Shown: positions 7,501 to 17,103, numbered from the stretch's first letter. The stretch is DNA of 60,078 nt from Actinomycetota bacterium (GCA_023481285.1 JAMCWL010000071.1:1-60078), one strand, 5' to 3'. Numbers and translations: made by a program. Notes: generated from the letters alone by a model not told the origin.

Positions 7501-10376
7501 GCCGAGGCCGTCTGCGTCTCGGTCGATGATGGCGGGATGTTGTCGACCTTCAAAGCGCCGTCGACGTAGAGCTGGTACTTGTCGAGCCCCGAGCCGGTAT
7601 CGGTGGAGTCGCTCCAATCGAAGAGCGGCCAGGTATCGTTCGTGGTGGACCCGTGCGGCGGGCTCTCTAACGTGAAAGAATCGGGCGCCGTTGCATCGAT
7701 CTTGACCGTCCAGGTGCTTGTCGACTGCTTGATGCTGCCTATACCAACCGCCTTAACATACCAGGTATGCGAGCCCTCTGGAAGAGGAGATGACGGTGTA
7801 GTCGAAGTCTGCGTCTTTGGGATGTTGTCTTTGTTGAGCGCCCCGTCTATCCATAGCTCATAATGATCGAAGTTGTTGCTCGCTTCCCAGGTAAATGCTG
7901 GCATATTCCCCGTTTTTGACCCGTTGCCTGGAGATACTAGATCGAACGCCCTGGGAGCGGAATAGGTTATAGTTAGATAGGGCTTGTTGGATGAGGATTC
8001 GCTGGAAGCATAATTCAGGAAATAGCGTAGACCCATTCCTTCGCCACGGAAGTAGTAAGCTCTGGTAGCGCTCACGCCGGCATTGGTGAAGGCAGTAATA
8101 TCTTCTGTACCATCGCCGGTAAAATCTCCTCCGACGTATGAGGCGTTGTTGTTATCCCAACCGCCGGCCGCGCTCTGCCAGAAATTATACGGATTCTTAA
8201 ACCGAGAAAAATCATTGACAAAACTGTACCCCGCTGTGGTTGAAGCACCCACACCCTTAAAGGCGACCGCATCCATTAAACGATCGCCATTGACGTCGGA
8301 AGCAACGAATTTCGATGCGCTCCAATCCCAACCGCCAGGTCCGGAATCCCACCATATCCTAGGAGATTGGAAGGAAGCCCTGTTAGATGGGAACATCATC
8401 GCCTGGGTCTGCCCGTCGGCGTAACCCTGGAAAGCGACAATATCTGCGTAACCCCCGATGTTGCCATAGTCGCCCTCCGAAATGTACTTAGCGGAACCTG
8501 CCGCCCAGTGCGTGTCGCTCCACCAGGTAGCAGGAGCGTTGAAGGAAGTTCCGGTGGACGTAAGCACCTTTATCGCTGTGCTCGTGCCGCCATTGTCATA
8601 AACGATAGCGAGGTCCCACTTGCCATCGTTGTTGTAGTCGCCTGATAACGGCGTCGAGCGGTTCCAATCCCAGCTCGTCGAGCTCCACCAGGTCGCGTTG
8701 ATGCTTGAAAATCCGGTGCCGGTCGAGTTGGTCAGAAACAGACGGGCGTTCGTGATGTTGGTGCCGCCATTGTAGAGTATCAGGACATCGGATCGGCCGT
8801 TGCCGTCAAAGTCACCGGTCACCACTTTTGAGGAACTCCAGTTGAGCTCTCCAGGAGCGGATGTATACCATACGTTAGGACCGCTAAGCGATGAGCCGTT
8901 CGAGGGAAAGACCAGAATGCTTACGGTGCCGTCACCGTTATCGTAAAGAGAGACGGCATCCATATAAGAGTCTGGGTTGAACCTACCTGATGCAAACTTA
9001 TGCCTTGCCCATGCCGATGAAGTGCTCTCCCATGCTAAGAAAGGCCCGACGGCGATAGTCGTGTCCTCGTGGAGAAGAAAGCCGTAATTAGTCCAGACGC
9101 CGCTGAGGTAATTCTGCACGGCGGATTTGACATCGAAGCTAAGCCAACCGTTTTGAAGCCCTTGCGGAGTTCTCGTATTCGTAAGCGATTCGCTTACTGG
9201 GCGTGTGTTCCACGTGACGGTGCTCTTGTCCCACGAGGAGGTTATTCTATTCAGATATTCGGGCGTGCTTGAGGGCTGAGCAACACCGCTTGCGTACATG
9301 CTTAGGGTCGCCGTATCGATGATGTAGCCGTTCAGCAAAGAGACGTCGAATTTGATGAGGGAATAATTATTTTTCTGGCGATCATCAAAGCCACTATAGA
9401 GAGTTGTTCCGACAGAGTAGTTAGAAGTCGGATATCTCTCAGATACGTAAGTATCAGCGCTCGGATTTAGGGTAAGCGTCGGGTCGATATAGACTGGATA
9501 GACTCTCTTTGAATCGTTTAGCCAGCTTGCGCTGGGCATCATCTCCACGAAAAGGCTTTCTCTGACAGACGTTATGCTTTGGGTTATATCCTCGGAGAAG
9601 CTCGGCTCTCCGATGGAAGCTGTTGCATCCTTACTCGAGTCGATCATGTAGGGCTTCGTCATATGGAAAGCCAGCTCACCGGTCTTTTTATCGATGAAAG
9701 AAACCTCCTTGTCCTTTTCCTGGCGGTAAGAAAGACCGGATAAGTCGAGGCTATATGAGAGGTTCTTTGCCGCTTCTTTGTTCGGAATGACTATCGTCTC
9801 TTTTAGGCCAGTTGAGGTAACCGAGTAGAAGATATCGGGACCGCCGGTGGCTGAGACATAGTAGGCCGACTCCCCCAGAACCAGCGCAAAGGGAGATAAA
9901 CCATCGGGAAGGAAGAAAGAGACTGACTTACCATTCACCTCGAAGTAGGCTTTGTCTATATTGATTTTTGGAAGGAAGACCTTAAAGGAGTTCGCCTTGT
10001 TGGTATAGCCGTTGCCATCAGGAGTCTCGATGAGTGTGTTATCGATATCCTCCCATTTTCCCATATCGCCTTTAAAATGGATGGGGCCGGAGTAGATTTT
10101 CGCCTGGAAGGTTCCGTCACTCATGAGGTAGGTTTTCGAGGTCTGAGTTCTCTTCCTAACGATCTCCTCGACTATCTTAGGCTCTTTTTGGGGCTTTGGC
10201 GTCGACGTGGTTTCAGAAGGAGGCAATGGCTGCTCGCTCGGCAATGCGGAGGTTGTGGCGGCATCAATCGCATAGGCGACCGGGATGCTAAATAACAGAG
10301 GCTCTGAGAAGAGGAGCAAAGAGAGAATAGCGGCGGTTATGTAAGATAGGGCTTCTTTCTTCAGGTGCGAGATCAT
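1590..10376 (-). CDS. Secreted WapA-like Rhs/YD-repeat polymorphic toxin (DNRLRE, FG-GAP-like, Ig-like, CBM-like and TolB-like domains; Zn-PLC/S1-P1/Het-C-like tip)
   Basis: Signal peptide ending VAYA; many YD repeats; Rhs core NPIRYAGYYYDKEIGLYYLKARYY...DPVR...NPTNAVDPDG; tip motif LGIGLHSIQDLYAH. Confidence 0.93.
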   Translation of the reverse strand: MISHLKKEALSYITAAILSLLLFSEPLLFSIPVAYAIDAATTSALPSEQPLPPSETTSTPKPQKEPKIVEEIVRKRTQTSKTYLMSDGTFQAKIYSGPIHFKGDMGKWEDIDNTLIETPDGNGYTNKANSFKVFLPKINIDKAYFEVNGKSVSFFLPDGLSPFALVLGESAYYVSATGGPDIFYSVTSTGLKETIVIPNKEAAKNLSYSLDLSGLSYRQEKDKEVSFIDKKTGELAFHMTKPYMIDSSKDATASIGEPSFSEDITQSITSVRESLFVEMMPSASWLNDSKRVYPVYIDPTLTLNPSADTYVSERYPTSNYSVGTTLYSGFDDRQKNNYSLIKFDVSLLNGYIIDTATLSMYASGVAQPSSTPEYLNRITSSWDKSTVTWNTRPVSESLTNTRTPQGLQNGWLSFDVKSAVQNYLSGVWTNYGFLLHEDTTIAVGPFLAWESTSSAWARHKFASGRFNPDSYMDAVSLYDNGDGTVSILVFPSNGSSLSGPNVWYTSAPGELNWSSSKVVTGDFDGNGRSDVLILYNGGTNITNARLFLTNSTGTGFSSINATWWSSTSWDWNRSTPLSGDYNNDGKWDLAIVYDNGGTSTAIKVLTSTGTSFNAPATWWSDTHWAAGSAKYISEGDYGNIGGYADIVAFQGYADGQTQAMMFPSNRASFQSPRIWWDSGPGGWDWSASKFVASDVNGDRLMDAVAFKGVGASTTAGYSFVNDFSRFKNPYNFWQSAAGGWDNNNASYVGGDFTGDGTEDITAFTNAGVSATRAYYFRGEGMGLRYFLNYASSESSSNKPYLTITYSAPRAFDLVSPGNGSKTGNMPAFTWEASNNFDHYELWIDGALNKDNIPKTQTSTTPSSPLPEGSHTWYVKAVGIGSIKQSTSTWTVKIDATAPDSFTLESPPHGSTTNDTWPLFDWSDSTDTGSGLDKYQLYVDGALKVDNIPPSSTETQTASALTDGAHSWYVKAFDKAGNVRQSTESTFTVESTPMLGIQPYWEYWSYGLGDRYRASVNVANRNLIVSKDEFKVPDVKGAAIELSLYYNSVDSTTASSIAPVGGGWRFGIPTLDISRADGTLVLTEATGTRFYYGKKPDGSYARPAGLDEDIIKKADGTYEWTRSDSSTVTFSTQGNPIKVIGSSSNTTNYSYDQGKISKITYPSGRSLNFAYTTGLVDVTLNDSDTAGTELGKFSHEISQNRLVSVRNSDAHPTTFTYSDNSNLLSGIRTFASAGDQQLTTYGVAGDGSAQYVKDALGVQIAVFTAGQGYLTIADASWQSTRYNYNLHGDVTKVTDPFGSVSEYYWDGRNHLAGYRRPDGSSIRLIFNGDGTVTKGSTGTVFSAQSSAQSTQPPSSLTDVKNEANRLSDMSAPAKDAYASTYDDRGNVTANTNPVAPTFNLVENGSFERLTGGVADRWTSTGNATFSVDTGIANYGQNSVKISASVAGTNYYSNSNNAISVSPNQKLTLSANMRLSNVTVPSGTGGADYGIQFYDSSNNLIIAGTAYSLAWAGTGNYSQPVIATAPSNAVTAVVALRLMNATGDVWFDGVQLESPIISGEDYALTLFDYVENSSFESATSGSTNYWTASPSGASLDTSEMWSGAKSAKLSLESSGSASYTSAKIGVTGGEDMALSGSIKTQSVIGDNVYWGQGAIQGAPPYPRYYKGGVRIEINYRDANDNNLGTYATAMVSGDTGWKRYIVRTIAPNGARWAYVSAQMHSAVGSAWFDNVKLTRTEITSYTYDSFDRVTSQIDPLGNTAFHEYDSLGRETTTTDFSGNVTRRAYNSQDNLTSFTDAKGNTSWYNYDWLGRLVKVRDARTASAIDAVYGNIARVSVSSSGAQANGASEYTPSISADGRYVSFSSAANNLVPNDTNNTNDVFLYDRQTGTIERVSVSSTGAQGDNPGGIDNGSYLSSVSYDGRFVAFVSFFSNLVPNDTNGSPDIFVRDRAAGTTERVNISSSGEQAYDSGHSITISGHPSISADGRYVAFNSWATNLVPNDTNNSSDVFVYDRTNHTIERVSVSNSGVQGNNWSEKPVISADGRYVAFQSYANNLVPNDTNGQQDVFVYDRTNRTIERVSVSSSGAEGNGQSGNYRLSFSADGRYVAFESNASNLVPGDTNNKSDVFVHDRTNHTTERVSVSSSGEQGNDNSTNPFISADGVSVAFSSMASNLVPGDTNNAQDVFVYNRLNHTTTRISVSDSGLQGNGTSDQLVISSNGSVVAFASDASNLISGDTNGVKDVFVRYNPADLYTTNYTWTPTNNVESVTDPLKRIRRYQYSTTSQGEQVTEILPRGDQLTKKYDSLNRLTVGSSSTGPMVFAYNYNTVTGYLDSVTESNTADNTAKIYSYTYNSVGQPTSISDTVGGTISRTPYIGETENDLSITSSGDTKTYAMHKTYNVRGQVSTLTDPSGTQNTYAYDSAGRLIQVAKGGIIQAYNYDAGGRLISIIQQSRTGGRPGAYQLTYGYDKNGNITSVFRTDTGKTERFTYNELNRLMSWYDPSRDTTSTYSYDIMGNLLSVKEGTTTAQSFTYDIANQISTDTVANTGFTYDANGNLTFDGTNTYTYNAYGQLTKVERGGTVVAEYTYYYNGLRKSKKVNGVTIYFHYDNKGNLVSETNSSGVITAVYTWDNLGRPFSVTRDGATYYYELNGHGDVIGLDQGTYAYDPWGKVTSEPTSTPGADNPIRYAGYYYDKEIGLYYLKARYYSPTVKRFLSEDPVRSTNRYMYAQDNPTNAVDPDGRWWKSVHRDHTFDVARSVMQGPPDNPDWPASLVAESDYGVDFNMKPEQDYIGNTGRHFNAFWEWPSYGNPSQAGHMIEEFQFALDYAGLAQKAYALAVYAKPYSQDIYNKARAIAQEAEFESLNRLGIGLHSIQDLYAHGTGAPPFYDKHHNGWPVNPDDDTKQQNQEALMKTYADTGYWIWWYVYSAWD

Positions 10377-10642
10377 CGGGTGTCTCCTTCCTTTAGGCCG
10401 GGTTTTAGATCATCCGGTGGCTTTCTGCGATCATCAGCCAGAATTCTTGGAATCGGTCTTATTCCTTCGACCGAGGTAGAACCCGGCCCCGTGCTTCTTA
10501 AGTTCTGGGTTGTAAGCTGCCAGGGCTCTTTTTTGTTGCGGTCAGTCTTTGCGTAAGTCTTAAAAAATACAAGTGCGGTTAGCAGGAGGAGAATGAAAAG
10601 GAGAACTATTGCAAGTTGCCGACGCCTGGAAATAGCGCTCAT
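10373..10642 (-). CDS. Small single-TM/signal-anchored hypothetical protein coupled to the Rhs gene
   Basis: MSAISRRRQLAIVLLFILLLLTALVFF; its stop overlaps the Rhs start (ATGA); AAAGGG upstream of ATG 10642. Confidence 0.6.
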   Translation of the reverse strand: MSAISRRRQLAIVLLFILLLLTALVFFKTYAKTDRNKKEPWQLTTQNLRSTGPGSTSVEGIRPIPRILADDRRKPPDDLKPGLKEGDTR

Positions 10643-10847
10643 CGGTGTCCCTTTGGAATAGGTGTTGTCAAACAGCGCTTTATCTAGTATACAAACGTTC
10701 AAATATCTAGCCCATGCAATAACTGCTATCATGTTTGTGGATTGATTGTCAATAGTTGACAGATCGATAAGGCATCTATTTTAATCAGTGCCTTCTTAGT
10801 GAGAATACTCTCAGCGGAAATATGCTAGGGGTAGCCCGACGGTCTGT

Positions 10848-11972
10848 TCACGCGAATCGGCTGAATACTTCGTTGCCCAAAAAAACTCCTCGTCTGGTTA
10901 AGCGCAGTCGCCCATCCACCTCAACGAGCAGACCATCCTTTATTAGGTTGGCGATTTCCCAGGAATAGCGGTTGAGCGCTTCCTTACCGAACCGGGCGGC
11001 AAGATCATCAAGATCGATGCCCTCGATCTTTCTGAGACCCAAGAATAGAGTTTCAGAAAGCCGGTCGGCAGCGACAAGAAGCTTCCGTTGGACTATTTGC
11101 TCCCCGGCGGCGACGCCGTCGATATACTCGGCGACGCCGGCAACGTTTTCCAGGCGTTCATTATCGATTTTAGAGTGAGCCCCGGCCCCAAAGCCCAGGT
11201 AATCCCCCGACTCCCAGTAGATCATATTATGCCTACATCCCTTGCCCGCCAGGGCGAAGTTCGATATCTCGTAATGCTCGAAGCCTTTCTCAACCAAAAA
11301 GTCGATGGACAGCTCGAACATCTCAGCGACTTCATCCTCGCCGGGCGGTAGGATTTCCCCGTCCTCGACAAGGTTGGCGAGGGGCGTCCCTTCCTCAACG
11401 GTGAGCGAGTAGGCCGAGACGTGCTCGGGAGAGAGAACCGCGATCTGCGACAAAGTTCCCGCCCAACCGGCCAGGGTCTGTCCGGGAATTCCAAAGATGA
11501 GATCGACCGAGATATTGTCGAAGCCGGCCTCCCTGGCCGCCCTGAAAGCGCCGATGGCGTCGATCGCCGAATGACCCCGTCCAAGGAACTTCAAAAGCTC
11601 GTCGTCGAGGGATTGGAAGCCGAGGCTCAGCCTGTTGAAGCCGCTCTTTTTGAGGCTCTCGATCTTATCGACGTCGATCGTCTCGGGATTGGCTTCAATT
11701 GAAACCTCGGCGGCGGCCACAACGTCGAATGAGTCTCGAACGTGGTTGAGGATACGCTCAAGTGCTCTTACCGGAAGAAGGGTCGGCGTTCCGCCACCGA
11801 AATAGATTGAATAGACGGGAGTTCCCACAGCGGCGGACCGGTTCTCGATCTCGCTGCAAAGAGCGTGCGTATACCCATCGATCAGCCGCTCAAGCCCCAC
11901 ATAAGAGTTGAAGTCACAATAGAGGCACTTGCGCCTGCAAAACGGCAGATGGATGTAGATTCCTAACATCAA
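10848..11972 (-). CDS. hemW: Radical SAM heme chaperone HemW (HemN-like)
   Basis: YIHLPFCRRKCLYCDF, YFGGGTPT, HYEISNFA and HNxxYW motifs; adjacent to lepA. Confidence 0.92.
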   Translation of the reverse strand: MMLGIYIHLPFCRRKCLYCDFNSYVGLERLIDGYTHALCSEIENRSAAVGTPVYSIYFGGGTPTLLPVRALERILNHVRDSFDVVAAAEVSIEANPETIDVDKIESLKKSGFNRLSLGFQSLDDELLKFLGRGHSAIDAIGAFRAAREAGFDNISVDLIFGIPGQTLAGWAGTLSQIAVLSPEHVSAYSLTVEEGTPLANLVEDGEILPPGEDEVAEMFELSIDFLVEKGFEHYEISNFALAGKGCRHNMIYWESGDYLGFGAGAHSKIDNERLENVAGVAEYIDGVAAGEQIVQRKLLVAADRLSETLFLGLRKIEGIDLDDLAARFGKEALNRYSWEIANLIKDGLLVEVDGRLRLTRRGVFLGNEVFSRFA

Positions 11973-12039
11973 AAAACTACCTCATCAAGTGCGGATGCAA
12001 TACTCTTTACCGGCCTTCACAAGGCCCCCACATAGATCA

Positions 12040-13014
12040 TTATGACGTGCCCCTCTCATGGTCCGCGCTCTCTTTGGGAGACACGGCTCTATAAGGTGAG
12101 TACTCCTCCGAATAAGAGGCCGGGCGCACGACATGACCGGGAACCGGGCCGGCTTTTGGCACGGGGAGGTCACCTCCGGCGCCCGCCGACCCCCCTTTAG
12201 AAGAAGCACCGTCTCTCGTAAAAACCTTGACCTTACCGATAGAGTGGCGACCATCAGGTATGCCTTGATCAGTGCTCTTCCTGCGAAAGAGCGATTTGAG
12301 TGAAAAACCGGCTCGAGCTCGTCTCTCTTTGTAAGTGCTTCCTGACTTTCCCGGGTCCGACTCCTCCTCAGCGCTTTGAATAAGTGCGCTTCCACCGATT
12401 TTATCCCGGCGCGCCTTAGTGAAGGGTTCGCTCGATAGATCAAGCTCTACCGTCTCGTCCTCACTGGAAAAGACAAGCTCAGCGGCTTGGGAAATTATTT
12501 TAATAGAGATCTTCATTGAACGGTCGCCCTTCACGACGAGCGAGCCGGCCGCCAGATCGTGCAAACCGCGCTTTTGCCGTCTCAGAGCAACCGGCAAAAA
12601 GCCGATCCCCAAGGATAGAAAGGAGGCTAGAAAGAGGATAAACCTGACTACCGAGCGAGCGAGCGTTAACCGGCGCCCATCTTTGCCGATGACTTTGAGC
12701 CCGAGAGCGCTCTGACCAAGGGTGCCCCCGGCGTGCCACAGAAGGATGAAGTATAAACAGTCCAGAAGGAGAATCGAGACCGCCAGGACCAGTTGCCCGC
12801 GACCCAGTATGACGATTACTCTGAGCAACTCGGCGATTATCGCAAGCCCTACAATTATGAGATCGAAGAGTAGAAGGGCAAAGAGATCGATTAAAAAAGC
12901 GAGCAAGCGCTGTATGAAGCCGGCGGGTTTCGTCCCTGAACCGGCTTCCACCCAGCCCTTGCTGACATGCTCGTCACGCTCGATCCTATGGCGACCAATA
13001 GAGTGTCGACCCAT
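12040..13014 (-). CDS. RDD family membrane protein with a long low-complexity C-terminal tail
   Basis: AGFIQRLLAFLID, TLGQSALGLKV and RGLHDLAAGS motifs. Confidence 0.8.
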   Translation of the reverse strand: MGRHSIGRHRIERDEHVSKGWVEAGSGTKPAGFIQRLLAFLIDLFALLLFDLIIVGLAIIAELLRVIVILGRGQLVLAVSILLLDCLYFILLWHAGGTLGQSALGLKVIGKDGRRLTLARSVVRFILFLASFLSLGIGFLPVALRRQKRGLHDLAAGSLVVKGDRSMKISIKIISQAAELVFSSEDETVELDLSSEPFTKARRDKIGGSALIQSAEEESDPGKSGSTYKERRARAGFSLKSLFRRKSTDQGIPDGRHSIGKVKVFTRDGASSKGGSAGAGGDLPVPKAGPVPGHVVRPASYSEEYSPYRAVSPKESADHERGTS

Positions 13015-13018
13015 ATTT

Positions 13019-14824
13019 TTACTTCTCGCTGACGCGGAGAACTTGCATAAACGCTTCCTGGGGAACCGCTATGCGGCCGATCTGCTTCATCCGCCGCTTC
13101 CCGGCCTTCTGCTTCTCCAAAAGCTTTCGCTTCCTCGTTATATCACCGCCATAACACTTGGCGAGAACATCCTTACGCTTGGCCTTGACCGTCTCTCGAG
13201 CGATAACCTTGCTACCGATCGCCGCCTGGATGGCCACCTCGAAGAGCTGGCGGGGAATAATCTCTCTCAGTTTATCGACGAGCTCCCGGCCCCGCGGATA
13301 GGCCTTCTCTTTCGGAACAATGAGGGAAAAGGCGTCCACGGGCTGGCCGGCCAGAAGGATGTCTAGTCTAACAAGTTGGGATGCGCGGTAACCGGCGTGC
13401 TCGTAGTCGAGAGAAGCGTACCCTTTCGTCCTCCCTTTAAGCTGGCTGAAGAAGTCGAGCAGTATTTCAGCGAGGGGTAGAACGTACTCCAGCTCTACCC
13501 GGTTCGCGCTCAAGTACCGGATCATCGCGAATTCGCCCCGTCTCTCCTGGCAGAGATCCATAACAGCGCCGACAAAGTCGGGAGGCGTGAGTATCACCGC
13601 TTTAACGTACGGCTCTTCCATCTTCGCAATCTGACCTGCATCCGGCATCTCGGAAGGATTTCGAATCAACGACCCCTCGCCGCCGGTTTTTGTGATGCGG
13701 TAGGCCACCGACGGAGCCGTCGCCACGAGCTCTAGATCATACTCCCGTTCGAGTCTCTCTTTGACTATCTCCATATGAAGAAGACCGAGGAAGCCGCAGC
13801 GAAAGCCGAATCCGAGCGCCCCGGAGGTTTCGGGTTCGTACGCGAGCGACGGGTCGTTAAGCGCCAGTTTGCCGAGAGCGTCTCTCAGGTCCTCGTACTG
13901 ACCGCCGTCAGCCGGGTAGAGGCCCGTAAAGACCATCGGTTTAGCCTCGTGGTAGCCGGGGAGCGGTCTGCTCGTGGCCCCTTTTGCCAGGGTGACCGTG
14001 TCGCCAACCTTCGTGTGCGCCACCTCTTTGATGCCGGCGATCAGGTAACCGACCTCGCCTGCCGAAAGCTCGTCGATCTCGACGAGATCGGGCCTCAAGA
14101 CCCCGACCTCTTCGACTTGCGCAACCCGTCCGGTTGCCATCATTTTGATCCGCTGGCCGGGCTTTATGACGCCGTCAACCACCCTGATAAAAACGATTAC
14201 ACCCCGGTAAGGGTCGTAAAAGGAATCAAAGATGAGGGCTTTGAGGGGCGCCGCCCGGTCGCCAGAGGGAGGTGGAATCCTCCCCACGATCGTTTCGAGA
14301 ACGTGCTCGACACCCTCGCCCGTCTTGGCCGAAACCATCAGGGCGTCGCTCGCGTCTACACCGAGGCTCTCCTCGATCTCGCGCTTCACGCGCTCAGGCT
14401 CGGCGGCCGGCAAGTCTATCTTGTTTATGACCGGAATAACTTCAAGATCGTTGTCAAGCGCAAGATAGGTATTGGCGATCGTCTGAGCTTCTACGCCCTG
14501 GACCGCATCGACCACAAGGAGTGCGCCTTCGCAGGCGGCCAGGCTGCGCGAAACCTCGTAATTGAAGTCGACGTGGCCTGGCGTGTCGATTAGATTGAGC
14601 GCGTAATCACGCCCATCTCGCGATCTGTAAATGATGCGCACTGCCCGCGCCTTGATGGTAATTCCCCGCTCGCGCTCGAGCTCCATGGAATCGAGAACCT
14701 GCTCCATCATCTGGCGCCCGGAAAGCGTCTGCGTCAGCTCCAGAAGCCTGTCCGCGAGAGTCGATTTGCCATGGTCAATATGGGCAATGATTGAAAAGTT
14801 GCGTATCCGCTCTTGCTCCATCAT
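13019..14824 (-). CDS. lepA: Elongation factor 4
   Basis: [38 protein letters not shown]. Confidence 0.98.
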   Translation of the reverse strand: MMEQERIRNFSIIAHIDHGKSTLADRLLELTQTLSGRQMMEQVLDSMELERERGITIKARAVRIIYRSRDGRDYALNLIDTPGHVDFNYEVSRSLAACEGALLVVDAVQGVEAQTIANTYLALDNDLEVIPVINKIDLPAAEPERVKREIEESLGVDASDALMVSAKTGEGVEHVLETIVGRIPPPSGDRAAPLKALIFDSFYDPYRGVIVFIRVVDGVIKPGQRIKMMATGRVAQVEEVGVLRPDLVEIDELSAGEVGYLIAGIKEVAHTKVGDTVTLAKGATSRPLPGYHEAKPMVFTGLYPADGGQYEDLRDALGKLALNDPSLAYEPETSGALGFGFRCGFLGLLHMEIVKERLEREYDLELVATAPSVAYRITKTGGEGSLIRNPSEMPDAGQIAKMEEPYVKAVILTPPDFVGAVMDLCQERRGEFAMIRYLSANRVELEYVLPLAEILLDFFSQLKGRTKGYASLDYEHAGYRASQLVRLDILLAGQPVDAFSLIVPKEKAYPRGRELVDKLREIIPRQLFEVAIQAAIGSKVIARETVKAKRKDVLAKCYGGDITRKRKLLEKQKAGKRRMKQIGRIAVPQEAFMQVLRVSEK

Positions 14825-14928
14825 CTTGGTCTAGCTTCACCTTTGGATTCTTACCGCAAGTGCGCTCAAGCTCCGGCCATTCACTGGCTAATCCAGCTTA
14901 CATGCCATTTAGAGTGCGCAAATACGGT

Positions 14929-16584
14929 TCACGATCTCACTAATAATATCAGACGACGCCCAAATCTCTTAATGATGGAAACCTCTTCGACTCTTAGCAA
15001 GTAGATGGCGATGATGTAAATGATAAGGCCCGCCAGGGCGGCGGCCGTGAGTTGCCCGCCCTTGAATAGCGCTCCGGCCACCTTGGCCAACCGGTCGGCA
15101 CCAAAACCAAGCTCCCAGTAGCGGCTTGAAATCATCTGAAAAGCGAAGTAGGAAGTAAGCCCCAGCAACAGGCTCGCCAGCGCATACTTGGACGTCGAGG
15201 AGATAATTCGCCGGACACCCAGGGGGCCGACCCGGAGGCGCAGCAGGTAAAAGACGATGAAGGTCGTGAAAGTAAAGGTGATCGTCTGGGCGAGGGCCAA
15301 TCCCGATACTCCCATGTACTTCACGAGGATGAAGTTGAGAGCGATGCACACCGGTACGCCGATTGCGTTCACCTTCATCGGGGTCATGGTGTCCTGCATC
15401 GCGTAAAAAGTACGGACGATCAGCATGTAAATGGCGTAGAAATAGACGCCGAAGCCGAAATAGAAGAGCATCTTCGACGTGATGGCCGTCGCGCTGGCGT
15501 CAAAGCGCCCGTATTCCAGGGCGACCTGGATGAGGGGTTTTGAGAAGATGACCAGGAAGACGCTGAGTGGGATCATGATAAGCCCCAGGCTTCGCACCCC
15601 AAGCGAGACCGTCCTTTTGAAGCCATCCATATCGCCGGTGGCGATCTGTTCGGAAAGCTCGGGGTATATCGCCGTGATTATCGAGACCGCGAAGATGCCG
15701 AAGGGTAACTGAAAGAACTGCCATGAGTACTGAAAACCGGTGACCCCGCCGGTATACCGCCAGGCTATCAAGTTGGTAACCCAGAGACCGATCTGCCCGA
15801 AGGTTGTGTAAGCAAGAATGGGAACGGCAAGCTTCCCAAGCTTCCTGATGGACGGATGGGCGAAGTCCATGACGAACCGGTAGCGAAGGCCTATTTTAAT
15901 CAGTGGGGGCACCTGGACGGCCGCCATCAAGACGACGCCGAGCGTGGTCCCGACCGCCAGGATGATGAGCGCCAGGTTGAAATCTCGGGGCGCGAGCGCC
16001 GCGAAGATGAAGCCGGTCGCAATGACGATGACGTTGTTCGCCAGAGGCGCCACGACGGGCGCGACGAAATGACGATACGCGTTCAGGACGCCGGTGAAAA
16101 CGGCGCAGAGACCGTAGAAGAACATCTGCCAGGTGAAGAAGCGGAAGAACCAGACGGCGAGAGCGGCCTCCGCCGGAGCTCGCGACGCGGTCATGAGCCT
16201 GGTTATCGGTCCCGCCAGGACGAAGCCGGCAACGCTCAGCAAGAGCGCGAAGACCGCGGTGGCGTTGATCATGCTGCTCGCGACGTGCCAGACCTCCTCC
16301 TCGTCCCCCCCGGACATCTTCTCGACGATGATGGGTAGGAAGAGCGAGTAAAGGATGCCCCCGACAAGAAGATCGAATATTATGTTTGGAATAACATTTG
16401 AGAGGTTGTAGGAGTCGCCGATGCCGACTTTTGCGGCGCCAAAAGAGACAACCGCCGTCGCACCGAGTGCGTACGCCATGACGGCGATACGCATGTAACC
16501 GGTGATGCGACTTACGACCGTGATCGAAGACATCACAACGCTGCGCTTGGCTATGGATTGCGACTTGCCCGCAACTTCGGCCAA
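14929..16584 (-). CDS. murJ: Lipid II flippase MurJ (MviN)
   Basis: SRITGYMR, PNIIFDL, QLPFGIF and FYAMQDTMTP motifs. Start set at TTG 16584 after AAGGAG (ORF track extends to 16674). Confidence 0.92.
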   Translation of the reverse strand: MAEVAGKSQSIAKRSVVMSSITVVSRITGYMRIAVMAYALGATAVVSFGAAKVGIGDSYNLSNVIPNIIFDLLVGGILYSLFLPIIVEKMSGGDEEEVWHVASSMINATAVFALLLSVAGFVLAGPITRLMTASRAPAEAALAVWFFRFFTWQMFFYGLCAVFTGVLNAYRHFVAPVVAPLANNVIVIATGFIFAALAPRDFNLALIILAVGTTLGVVLMAAVQVPPLIKIGLRYRFVMDFAHPSIRKLGKLAVPILAYTTFGQIGLWVTNLIAWRYTGGVTGFQYSWQFFQLPFGIFAVSIITAIYPELSEQIATGDMDGFKRTVSLGVRSLGLIMIPLSVFLVIFSKPLIQVALEYGRFDASATAITSKMLFYFGFGVYFYAIYMLIVRTFYAMQDTMTPMKVNAIGVPVCIALNFILVKYMGVSGLALAQTITFTFTTFIVFYLLRLRVGPLGVRRIISSTSKYALASLLLGLTSYFAFQMISSRYWELGFGADRLAKVAGALFKGGQLTAAALAGLIIYIIAIYLLRVEEVSIIKRFGRRLILLVRS

Positions 16585-16839
16585 AAAAGACTCCTTGGGA
16601 TGCGTTTTAATAAACAGATCGAGCTTTCTGAGAGATAAGCTGTTCCGGGAAGATGCTCGCGGTAAAAAGAGCAAGCCGCTCTTACTGCCGGCGACGGTCT
16701 CGGCCGGCGCTTTTCAACCCATCATCTCAGGCTCGAAGCTCCGAACATTATATCATAGTGCGAGCAGGCAAAATCGCTTGCAGAGCTCGCGTTCACGTGC
16801 TAAAATACGGCATTGTTCTTGGGAATCAGGAGGAAAGTC

Positions 16840-17103
16840 TTGGCGAATATCAAGAGTCAGATAAAGAGGATTCGGCAGAACGAGCGCCGGAGAATCCGAA
16901 ACAAGAGTACGAGGTCGGAGATTAAGACGTACATGGCGCGCTTCCGCAAAGCGGCCGATGCGGGCGACAAAGAGGTTGCGGCGAGCGAACTCAAGTCGGC
17001 CGTGCAAAAGCTCGATAGAGCTGCGGAGAAGGGAATTATTCACAAAAACAACGCGGCGAACAAGAAGTCGAGCCTGACGAAGCAGTTCGACCGGATGGCC
17101 TAA
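16840..17103 (+). CDS. rpsT: 30S ribosomal protein S20
   Basis: (M)ANIKSQIKRIRQNERRR...KGIIHKNNAANKKS; TTG start after AGGAGG. Confidence 0.97.
   Translation: MANIKSQIKRIRQNERRRIRNKSTRSEIKTYMARFRKAADAGDKEVAASELKSAVQKLDRAAEKGIIHKNNAANKKSSLTKQFDRMA

Noticed and set aside
10795..10815. CIRCE element after hemW
   Set aside because: The dyad does not match TTAGCACTC-N9-GAGTGCTAA, and hrcA is not in the window.
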